From Auanema rhodensis (Eukaryota > Animalia > Nematoda), in contig OZ059895.1 in the NCBI GenBank assembly GCA_964057225.1, forward strand, positions 16,554,001 to 16,618,000: 64,000 nucleotides of DNA, in the 5' to 3' direction. Shown in pieces: positions 18,530-30,111 of this stretch. How positions within the stretch are numbered: position 1 is the stretch's first letter; every line of letters starts with the position of its first letter. The translations under genes were made by a program, and so were the position numbers. The notes under the pieces were generated by a model. It worked only from the letters and a program-made list of their open reading frames with translations, had not been told where the DNA came from and did not search any database.

Positions 18530-20241
18530 ATGTGTAGGATACGGGTTTTATCATCTTTAGTACTTTTTATATTATTAGTATCACAGTGTTCATCATTGAA
18601 AATAGATGACTCCGTTCACTTTAACTTCAAGTTTGACTATGATAGTGAAATAACACTTTCAAAAACTGAATTTGATGATAAGGAGGGCTTAGAACAAATT
18701 CATGTTCGGTCACGAAACAAGGAAGACTTTGTTTGTTATATACCTACAATAAATGAAAAGGTTGGTACATGATGAGCACACACAAATCATTTTTTTCTTT
18801 TTGGAACGAGGAAATACTACGGGATTATACTGGCCCATCACCAATAGAATTACTTGCTCCACTGTATCATGAGAATGTATGTTCAGTAAGAGGAGAAGGC
18901 TATTGGTCTTATGAAGTTTGTCATGGACGCTACATCCTGCAATTTCATGAGGAGAAAGTTGCCAACTCTAGAAACGAGTACTATCTCGGAAATATGAATT
19001 TAGAAAAATCTCATGTGGTTTGTATACAAGTAATTTATCTTCTTATGAAAGATTTTAGGAAATTGATTTTAAAAATCCACCCAAAATACGGCTTGAAAAC
19101 AATGAAATACCTTACTTCCCTGTAAAATACACACAAGGTACTACGTGTGAAGTAACAGAAAAACCAAGAACTGCTACTATTTTATATGTGTGTAATGAGG
19201 TTGTTTGTTTTATTTTTACTATTTGTTTTATTTTTCTTTTTATAGTATGTTCGGTCTCAAATCTATTCTATTAATGAAGTTAGTACTTGCGCATATGAAG
19301 TCGTCATTTTAACTAGATTAATTTGCAAACATCCCTTATTTAAACCACTATCTAAGAGTATTCACGATATTGTTTGCTATAATACTGAAAACAAGGACGA
19401 TCCTCGTCCTCTTGCTCTTGCAGATTTAGAAAAACATCACGCGGATACATTTAAAAGAGTAAGTTTCAGTTGTATATCTATTGAATTTCGAATTAATTTA
19501 TAGGAGTACTCTATTCCTCAAGGAACTAAAGAACGAAATCATAAAGCAGACACAATACAGCAAGTAGCTGAACGTATTTATCAAAAGTAAATATTTCCGC
19601 TTTGTCTTTGAATATCTAATCAAATAATTTAAGGCAAGAGATTAAGGAGCCTATTCGTGCTTCTCATAGTACTCTGGAATCTTGGCATGTATTCATTAGT
19701 GGCGAGCATTGTTTAGAAAGTGGTGGTAACGCTTATTGGAAATATAAGATTTGTTTCGGAAGTTCAGTAAGTTTTCTCACTTTACTGTCATAACTGATAA
19801 CATTCTTACAGGTTACTCAATTCCATGCGGAACCACAAGCAGAAAGAATCGAAATAGTCTTAGGAGAGTTTGATTATGAGATTCATCGAGTTTGGGTTGA
19901 CCAGGATAAAGAAAATCGTAAACCAAGAAGATCAGGAAAAGATATTATACAAATCAATTATATGTATGGTAAAGGAGAGATTTGTCAAGAAACTGGTGCT
20001 CATAGGTATGAATTTAGTCATTTGGAGTAATTCAAATCATTTCTTTCAATTCAGAAATGTGATTGTACGGATACGTTGTCACAGTGGGGCTAGTCCTGTT
20101 CTTAAATTCAGTATTGAAGAGCCAGAAACATGTAGCTATATTCTTGACATCGAGCACGCTTCGCTGTGCGAGCCTATGCAATATGCGGATGAATATGGTA
20201 TTATTCCAACTGACCCTACTGGTCAATTACTCGAATTTTAA
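18530..20241 (+). CDS. ER lectin (erlectin/XTP3-B, OS-9 family) with two MRH domains
   Basis: Signal peptide; MRH1 CSVRGEGYWSYEVCHGRYILQFHEE..YTQGTTCEVT..EVSTCAYE; MRH2 YWKYKICFGS..YMYGKGEICQETG..IEEPETCSY. Confidence 0.88.
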
Positions 20242-20463
20242 ATCTAAAACTACATTCCTTATTTAATATCCTAGTCGAACTGGAATTCTATAATAATGTT
20301 GTACATTTCTTTAATACGGGATTTTTACTTTGTAATTTTTTTTTAAAGTTTTGAATTAACTTTAACAATTCAACAAGTTTTACAACAATGAAACAACTAA
20401 ACTTCTGTAAACTATACAACGTGAAAAGCCATATATTAAAACAAATCCTACGCAAATGTTTAA

Positions 20464-21706
20464 TTAGTACCAAGAAGTTGGTTGAGGTACTCTGTCTTCT
20501 TTAATTCCATGAGATTCATTGATTTCATCTTCGAAAGAGCATAATTTTGGAACATAAGATCTCTCTAGAACAACTGCGGCGGTGGTATCTTTATTCTCAA
20601 CTTCTGAAATATGCAGTATAATATGTAAAATGATCAGAAGATTTGCACAGCCGGACGCAAGTTTGAAAATATTAAAATGGAGGCAATCGATCAATATTTT
20701 AAGGCTATATTAACGCACCTATATACTTATCGGGCAGGATATATTCATATGTTACTTTGGCTTGACTAGGTACAGGAATTTCAAAACCAGACTTTTCGGA
20801 TACTCTGATGTACTCAGATTGATCACTGTTCAGAATCCATCTACATTGTAATAATGATTAAAGGTTTTTGAATTTTAAATAAAAACATACTTAGCTGTGC
20901 AAGTTTCATTGTCGTTTGGATCAACGAGCATAACTTGATTCTTATCTACACTAAGAGGCTGTTCTTTCCATCTGAAGTTGCATTTTTATAAAACAAAATA
21001 ATTCTGGGAAAACATACGCTAAAACCTTATCGATACCAATTTTTTCAATTCCTTTCATTTCTTCTTCTAACTTGCAATGCATTCCTTCAACAAATACCTG
21101 CAAACAGTAATATTAGGAAAATGTAATCAATAAGACTTGCCTCATTAGTATCTCGGGAAACGCGAAGAACAGTTCCTTGTCGTCCCTTATCCTTACCAAC
21201 CATAACCTAAAATATTTAAATAAATTTTAAGAAAATAAATTGTTGAAAGTTACTTGAACTAGATCTCCAGGGAGAAATGTCCATTTTTCTTCTGGCATAC
21301 GTTTTACTTGAGATCTTCGCAACTCGATGAATTTGTTTGATAATCTAAGTTAGAATGTTTAGCTATAGAATTTATTGAAACTCATACTTAGCAGCTTGAT
21401 ACTGATTAGCTCTTTCTATGGTTTCTTGAACAACATCATGCTCCCAAGGTCTTTTGTGTGAAGGGACATGATCATCAGGATGTATAACCCATCTAGTTAC
21501 AGCAGGTGCTCCAAACCTACAACTTTTCTAATACTTGACGCAAACAACTGAAATTTCAACCTCCCTCCAAAAACTTTTCTAGGGACTGTTCTTTTTATTC
21601 TTTCCACATATTCTTTTGGCATATGTCGAGTATAATCCAATTCACTGAAGGGTTTTTTCGGTAATCTAGCAAACCTTGATAAGTACATAGCTACCCTGAA
21701 TAGCAT
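20464..21706 (-). CDS. mrpl-24: Mitochondrial ribosomal protein uL24m
   Basis: KOW motif WTFLPGDLVQVMVGKDKGRQGTV; C-terminal KDTTAAVVLERSYVPKLCSFEDEINESHGIKEDRVPQPTSWY. Confidence 0.9.
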
Positions 21707-22200
21707 ATCAATATTAATAAATCAAATTATCGTTTATCGTTCAAAGTAATAAGTGGCTGTATGACCAAAATGAATAAAATCTCAGAAAAATATTCAATCA
21801 TCTATTAATAACTAGCACTCCCGTTAACGAAAATTTTAAAATTGACAACATAGTCAAGCTAAAAATCATCAATAACACAATGTATAACAATATGAACAGA
21901 ACATCTACATCATTAATTCTTTTAACTTTCATGATAAAAATATGGATTAATTTTCATTTCTATCACAAGTACGAGAATCATGGTATCACGTTAGTATTGT
22001 GGATATACAAAAGGGAGTGAATACAGTAAAACGTTTAAAATGGACCGTATTTAAGAAATAAAATATAATTAATATGCTGTCTTATAATGCTCACAGAACC
22101 AAAACCCTTTGGAATAAATACAATGTTGCTAGCTTCGTTTCAACGAAGATCTTTCTCATGGCAAAACAATTATTAACAATAAATTCAACAACTCTTGAAC

Positions 22201-23601
22201 TTAACCTAACCCAACGTCTAAACTCATCATTACGAGAAATCCAACAATACAGAGAATGGAAGCCAATTTTCCATTTCCATTTCTTTGAGCTTCAGGGATA
22301 ATATCATCCATAACAACATAAATCATGGCACCAGCAGCAAAAGCTAAAGCATATGGTAGAACTGGCTCCATAAAGATTACAGCAGCAGCTCCAAAAAGAG
22401 CGGCAATAGGTTCAACCATTCCGGATAACTGTCCATACCAGAAAGCCTGCAAAACGAACAAATGAAGTGCCACACCACGAAAACTGACTTTAAGCTTTGA
22501 GTGACCAAAGGCAGCCAACGGAAGAGAAACAGCTAATCCTTCAGGGAAATTCTGCAATCCTATTCCAAGAGCCAAGTTGAAAGCAGTTTCAAAAGTAGCT
22601 GCTTCAGTCTTTCCAACAGAACCGAAACCAACGCCCACAGCAAGACCCTGTATCAGCACAACACATACAACAGGATCCTCAATTTGAGCAAACCTCAGGA
22701 ATGTTATGCACAGTCACAGCCAAAATAAGCAAAACAATTCTACGCCATGAGGTTTTCGTTTCGTCATCAATACGGGTAACAGTTATGTCACGATCCCCTC
22801 TGTTGATTGGAACAGGATGATCTTCTCCGATTTCTCTATCTTCCGCAGGAGGCCTAGATATTTAAACATCACACACACATAATAGGTTGATAATGATTCA
22901 AAGGGTTGAAATTAAGCGAGGAAAACTAAACACACGGCAACCACCGCCCAGGACATGACAAAACAATGTGCTAGTTAAATTGACAAAAAAAACGTGCCAA
23001 AAACAACGGACAAGCTCAAAACAAAGGAAGCAAGACGAGCACGATACAGGTGTCCACGGGCGGTGGCTTACCTAATGTTAGTATTCGTTCTAAGACGAAG
23101 ATTTCCGCTTTCGGAACTATTTTCGTACCGGCGAGTATTGTCTCCCCCAACAAGAGCTAGCTCAGTTTCAGTCTTTGATGGTCCCAAACCATCCACCACA
23201 CCAGCATCGGCTAGCACGCACCTTAACATAAACATTAAATAGCCAAAAATATAAATTCCTACGTTGGTAACATGCGATCAGCATAGTGAACAAAAGCTGC
23301 TCCAAAAGCAAATCCTATACCAACCGGTATAAAGGCCCAAGCACCGTGATCTTTTTCGGCAAAATCAATGGCAGGAGCAAGAAGTGACCAAAATGAAGCT
23401 GCAGTCATGACACCTGCGGCGAAACCAAGACTACCATCTAAACAATTTAGTATTAAAATTTCATAAAACCTTTTTCTTACCTAATAATTTTTTACTCTGA
23501 TGTTTCATAACAAAAACTAAAGAAGCACCTAATGCTGTTACCCCCCATGTGAAACAGGCGGCTAATAATGCCTGATATACCGGATGAATATCCCTAATCA
23601 T
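22201..23601 (-). CDS. zipt-11: ZIP11/gufA-type zinc transporter (SLC39A11)
   Basis: [26 protein letters not shown]; [17 protein letters not shown]; [17 protein letters not shown]; [17 protein letters not shown]; GQLSGMVEP. Confidence 0.93.
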
Positions 23602-25093
23602 GCTGAAAAAATATAAATTATTTTTTCTTAACATATAACAACAAAATAGTTTTTAAAAAGTGGCTAAAATTAAAAGTCCGTTTAGTTGCAATTTGACAAG
23701 CCGAGTCACACAAGACGTGTCAACTAGCATGTGTACGTAAATGTATGAACAATAGCTTTAAAGATTTTTGAACTTTTATCGGAACAATTTAAGCTTTGAA
23801 ACAATTAATTCCGATAAGCGAATCGATTTTACAAATTTCGGATTAAAAGTTTATGTCAAAAATATCTCTGATTTATAATAACGCTCGATCTTCAAGTTTA
23901 AGGCGTTCTCCGCACATGTGGATATAACTGATCATCATCTTTCTGTTTTTAAAAATAAATTATATGCCAGCATCATACAAATATCTACGCTTAATGCGTT
24001 ATTTGAAAGTGACGTAACAATAGAATGAATCATTATTAAAGTTTCAGCGAATTTTTTTTGGATTTTTTTGTTTTGTTTGATGGTTCAACCCTTTGAAAAT
24101 GGAGGTGCATTCAATTTTATTTGTTATGGCCTTTAATCATAAATATATAAATATTTGTGTCGTTATTTTTTTTAACACTCATCTTCGGAAAATCAAAAAG
24201 TTACAATTGTATTTTTCTTAGGATTATGGATAGGAATTACATTTCTTAATGGGTACACAAGAATGAGAATGATTGATTATTGATATTTAGGCGGTGTATA
24301 TGAATCTGAATATCATATTTTTTTGAAAAAATAACAACACCATCAATTTTACCTTTTCGATCTCAGTAAAGTCGATAGTGCTTATCAACAATTTCTTGTT
24401 TATCAAGTGAAACAGTGCTAAACAGTTCAAGTGTGTCCGAAAATATTGAATTTAATAAAACATCCTTTTGTCATTGTAATTTTATATTGGAAAGATTCTA
24501 AATTATGAAGAAAAGGTTACAGCATTATCTCATATATGCTTCGCTAGTAAAGCCTTAAGCAACTTAAGAACTTAAGACTTTTCGACATTCGCGCCTCGGT
24601 CAAATAGTCTTGACACGAAAGGGGCGGAGCGAAAAAAGAGCTGCTTTATTTAACTTCATGCTTTTCACCTTATATAAATATTTTAGAAAACATTAATTTT
24701 TAAACAAATTATTTAATTTACCTAACTTTGGATTCTAACATCGGGAAATTTGTTGTGAAAAAGGAATAATGTTTCAATTTAAGGTATTACATTCGATGAG
24801 GTTTCGTTGAATGATACTATCACATCAGCAGTAAATGATAAGGTGAGCTTCATGTATCTATATTTGGTTTCTGTTGCTATAATCGGCGATATTTCTCAGT
24901 TATACGGGAACGGGAATTCAAAAAATATAAACATGAGGCATATGTTTCGGCTTCCACATAACATTAAGAGCAATGCTTCCAATGATTATATTATATAAAA
25001 AATTTGACGCTCTTGGGAATTCAAATAGCTACAATCTGCTTCTGAAAAATCAAAATCGCTCTGTATTTGACAATACCATCCTCTTTTCAATTC

Positions 25094-25119
<26 letters not shown>
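25094..25119. repeat. (TA)n microsatellite
   Basis: About 13 TA units. Confidence 0.85.
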
Positions 25120-25124
<5 letters not shown>

Positions 25125-25214
25125 TTAATCCTCTCCTCTCAAAAAATAATAATGAAAAAGAGTTGTGAAAAACGTAGATCGTTTGCGTTTGGTTCCAATA
25201 AAGAAGCGCTGAAA

Positions 25215-27026
25215 ATGGGTAAAATATTTTTTTTTGAATTACTATGTTTTTTCTAATAATCATTTTCTTATAGATTCACAATCAGGAAGCAATAAACCTA
25301 GGAAATCTTCTCTTTTTCATAATTTTGTTTCACCTGTTCGGCCATCAACTCGTAGGTAAAACATAAATTGGCAACATGTAGTTTTATTGTATTTATTTCA
25401 GATATTCTCTTTCAACCCTTGTTCTAGGAAGTAATCTTTCTTCTATCTGTCGCTCGTTTGATCGTTCCACATCGCCAGTTGACAATTCAGGCAAGTATAC
25501 TTTTCAACTTGTTTCATGCGGCTAGATTTCGTAACCTTGTTTTCCTCCTCTGGCTTTTCTTACGTCAATTGTACCTTCCACTAAATTTCTACGTGGGGTA
25601 ATGCCATTATTCTTATTGTTGTTACTATACTAGCTACTATTGCGAGGTTCACAGTATTCAGTTTTTTTGCTGTCCAAGAAATGATTCAATAACTGTATCA
25701 ACTTCTGGGGGTTTCTGAAGCAAACAAACATATTATCAACATTTTTGAACGAAAATCATTCATTGTTTGCCGCCGACCCGATTCTTCACGGTTCCAAAGT
25801 TGAAACTATGGATATTAAAGCTTTTTTGACAACTAAACATTCCAATAAACGCTATTCCTTAAATGAAATCAAAAAAAGTTTATCTTCTATAGCCCTAGGG
25901 CGACGTAGCTTTGATATATCTATTCTTCGTAATGACGTAAAAAAGGGTTTGTTTCAATCATTCTGAATTTTCGAACATTTGGTTATTTTTTCGTTTTTTA
26001 GAAGCTGATTATATCAGTGAAATCAACAAACTCTTCGAAGAAGCATCTGTTACTCCTGGTCCATTTTTGAAAGATAGTAGACCTGTTTTTGCTACAGGAA
26101 GAGAAATTTTATCTGTTACAAGTATGTCCTTTTGCTTGATTTAATCAATGTTTAATTTGTCTTTAGGACGTGGCTCTACTATTAATAGGTCTTGTATGGG
26201 TCGAGCTATGAGAGTCATAGTCACTGGCTCTAAGAAGGTTGGTAAAACGTCTATTCTAAGGCAAGTAGCATGTATGGAAGATATAACATCTCAGGTAGTA
26301 ATTTGATTATTTTCCTGTTTCTACCTCCATTATTTAGACATACTGCCCTACCCTTGATGACACATATCAAGTTCTTCTTGAAGAAGGTGACAGGCCCAGA
26401 GAAAACTTAGTGTTTCATGATACAGGAGGAATTGCTGATTATGGCCCAGCTGAATTGAAAAAAGCATATTTACAAGTTAGACCTCTAAATAAGCATATTA
26501 TTATACAGTATAACATCTCAGGTAGCAGATGCCTTTGTCTTGGTGTACTCTGTCGTGGATCATGAATCATTTAACCGAGTTGACCTTTTGAAGAAATATA
26601 TCGAAAAACAATTTGGAAAAGAAAAAAAAGAGGTTAATTAAATTCAGAATCTTTTGTTTCACCAACTTTTCCCAATTCAGGTTCCTATTGTTGTATTAGG
26701 TAACATGCGAGATCTTCCTGGACGTAAAGTCGATCGGGAGTTTGCACAATCGTGGGCTACAAAAGAAAAAGGTAGCGGAAGATACGAATTTAAAATAAAT
26801 ATAGTATTGTTATTTCAGTAAAACTTTTTGAAGTAACAGCAACAGATAGATCTAGCCTTGTTGATTTCGTCCAATATCTCGGTATGAGGCATTTTCATCC
26901 AAGCAGTAAGTAAACACCCATAGCTATAAAGATAATTGTTTTTGTTTTTCAGAAGAATCCAAATTCTCTTTATCTAAAAAACTAAAATCTGAAAAATCAA
27001 ATGCTGCTATTGTGATGGATTTCTAA
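25215..27026 (+). CDS. kappaB-Ras (NKIRAS)-like small GTPase, with alternative 5' exons
   Basis: [17 protein letters not shown]; PTLDDTY; FHDTGG; [11 protein letters not shown]; [11 protein letters not shown]; no CAAX box. GTPase core is about 26197-27026; upstream exons are uncertain. Confidence 0.8.
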
Positions 27027-27362
27027 TCACTTACGGTTCCTTGAATTTTTTAACATTCTGTTTTATTTCACTTTGTGAGCATGATGTACAGGTTTTTTGA
27101 TCAGGTTTTTAATTGCTATATTAACAGATGCAGAAAAAACTATCGATAACATTTTTTTCAGAACTTACAAGCATTATATACTTTTATTGTATATTAATTA
27201 TATTTTATATTGTCATTTCCAAAGGGAATCTATTTTTTACTTGCTTCAAATTTGCCATAGTTTCAAATGAAAATATGACTATATAATATTCATTGCTCAA
27301 CAAGTAACAACAAAGATGCATAAAATGTAACAAAATTGTATAACAACACTAAGAAAATTCAC

Positions 27363-29031
27363 TCATTCATATGAGTGTGGGATATTCCGCAATTCGGTCA
27401 ACCGTTGATGACTCATATTTGTTCCAAATCTGAAAGAAATGAAATATAGTGGTAACGCCTGCGCATGAATTACCTCTTTGAGAATAAGGGACGATGTCAT
27501 AGAACCTGACTGAGTCGTGATCAGGTTTAGAATTAGTAAGCCGTCAGTACCCATAACCTAAAATTAGTTTTTAAACGATTTTTTATAATTAGCGTAATAT
27601 ACCGAACAAAAGAATTCGCGTGAAGTCTTGTACAGTTCAGATTGATCTCCCTTTAGATCCTGAATGAAATATGAAAAATACGAATCCGATCAATAACCTA
27701 CTTCGAGGTATGTAATAGAAATGTGTTCGGTAAAAAAACGTAAAAAGTACAGTATATTCAACAAAGTGCAGCAAGAGACCTGCAATATACTCGAATTCAA
27801 ATAACAAAATTGGATAACTTACAATAACAAACCAAACCCAGAGAATCGTAAGAATTTTTTCGTTATATTCGTTAATAGTAAGAAAACATTGAGAAGTATG
27901 AATATCACCTCCATCAATGTCAGAATGAGATGCCTGAAAGCAGTTGAATAATGATGACAGATTTTGCAAAACGTTCTACCATCTGATATGTGCAGTAAAC
28001 TTCATGAGGAAAATATACATAATTAGGTGGATCATTAGTAAAAAAAGACACGATAAGCTGAAAGATCAGAGACTAAAGTTTGAACTTGACTTAACTACGC
28101 TTACATCAACTACCCAGCCGCCTTGAAATCCAAGAAACTTAGTAACTAATGTTAGTTGAACTAATACATGTAAGAGATTGCACATTTTGATAGTAAAATA
28201 AAACCAAGCGAATACAGAAGGGTGAATCAAAGTTTTCTGCCAGCCTCGCTTAAAAATCATGAAACATATATGAGAGCTGGTGACAACTTACTGATTCCAG
28301 GGTTCGAAAGTAGAAATAATTCCATATGTATTCGGCAATTAATTGAGCCTAAACAATAGCATACATTACGAGCATAAGTGAAATCACACCTTTTGTTTTC
28401 TTATATTGGGATCAAAAGTTTTACTCAAAGAGTTTGATTCTTTCAAAATTGTTTTAACATCAATATCTATAACTCTCGATTCGTAGAGGATAACTTGTGA
28501 AACTTACATAATAGAGACTGTAACCATAACCAGAATAAGTGTAAAAAACGGAAACAAAAGATTTGAAAACAGAAAAATAATGGTAACCACTAAAGTAATA
28601 AAATCATTGAAGTCAGTTTAAATCATATGTACCTGATAATAATCCACTCTGTCTTCTCTTGTAGGCTCACTCGTGAGTGTCATATTACGAGTTGTTCCAA
28701 CAACATAACAATATCCAAGAATATAGGAAGACCAACCTCTTACTCCTTCAATATTTTAAAGACATTTGAATATTATTCTAAAAAATGTTACTATCAATGT
28801 GCGCAGCTATTATACATTGAAGAGGTTTGCCGAATAGCTGTCCTGATCCAACAAGTACAGAAAATGTGGACAAAATAATCACTGAATATAGGAAATGTCT
28901 GTGACCGAGAAATGCTCAAACTAACCAGAATAGTAAGAATGAAGTAAATCTATACTGTCTGTTACAGAAGAGAATCTTGTCTTTTTCACACTAGCTACTG
29001 CTGCCTTACTTATTCCCGCTGTATTTAACAT
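27363..29031 (-). CDS. Divergent innexin (gap-junction protein)
   Basis: DSIDLLHSYYS; QLFGKPLQC; YILGYCYV; DYYQWLPLFFCFQ..LFWLWLQ; QCFLTINEYNEKILTILWVWF; MGTDGLLIL. Confidence 0.85.
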
Positions 29032-30111
29032 CTGAAAATAATTGTCTTAAGTGTTAGCCTCTATTTCTTAAAAATTAAAACCGAGATTCAATATATAGTA
29101 TATTCGTCTTGAAAAAACCCCATCAAGTACTAGCTTTTCTCAAAAATATTTGTTGGGAGTATATATTGTAAAATGAAAATTGTTCAACCGTTTTGAAAAC
29201 CGCAATAACAAGAAATATTGTACTCACGCGCAGCATGAAAATACCCGCTATTATGCTAATTATATTCCCTATACACGCCGATAATTAAGAAAGTAATTTA
29301 AATTTTTTAATATAAATAATTCGCTTTTTTCTTTCAATAAAAGAGTTTTACATGATAGCAAGCACTAGTTTTAAGTTTCTTTAATTAGGGCATTGTTTTC
29401 CAAAGCCAAAATAAATTGAATGAACAAACTAAATAATCAAACCAAAACAACACAGTTCATTTTCAACATTCTATTCACTTACACTCTTCCTCTTAGATTT
29501 CCCAGCAATGCAATTTTTTCAAAGAATGAAGATAACAGTTTTTGATTACTTCTGCTAATTTAATGTACACATTATACCTTCCTATAGCGCTAACACTCCA
29601 TATTTTCCTTAATATATTCTACTTAACCAAACATTATATTTTCCCCAAAATAATTAAAATTAATTAATATTCAACATATCCTAACCTTTTGATACCTAAA
29701 AGCTTATGTAATGTTCATAAACTATTTTCATTGAAGTTCGGTCAACTAGAATATTGACAATGTAGCACATTTTCCTTTAGTTTTCACACGTGAAACAATT
29801 TTTGGTTTTTTTTAATAAATAGTTTGCAGTTTTTAGATGAAGTATGAAAAGATATCAAGAAATCAATAAACTGATGAAGTTTTGTATAAAACTATCATAA
29901 ACATTTAAGTCAGCTCATTTGTTTATCTATAACCTCGTGACAAATATAAAATAATTTAGAAAAATCGCTGCGTTGTTGCAATGATATATGTTTTTTTGTT
30001 TCTTCAAAAATTTCCTTTTCTGAAAACATTTGTAAACTAATTGATTTCATTATACTCTTCTTGTTTCCAGCATATTGGGAGTAATCAAATGTTTGTAAAT
30101 ATATAGCAAAA

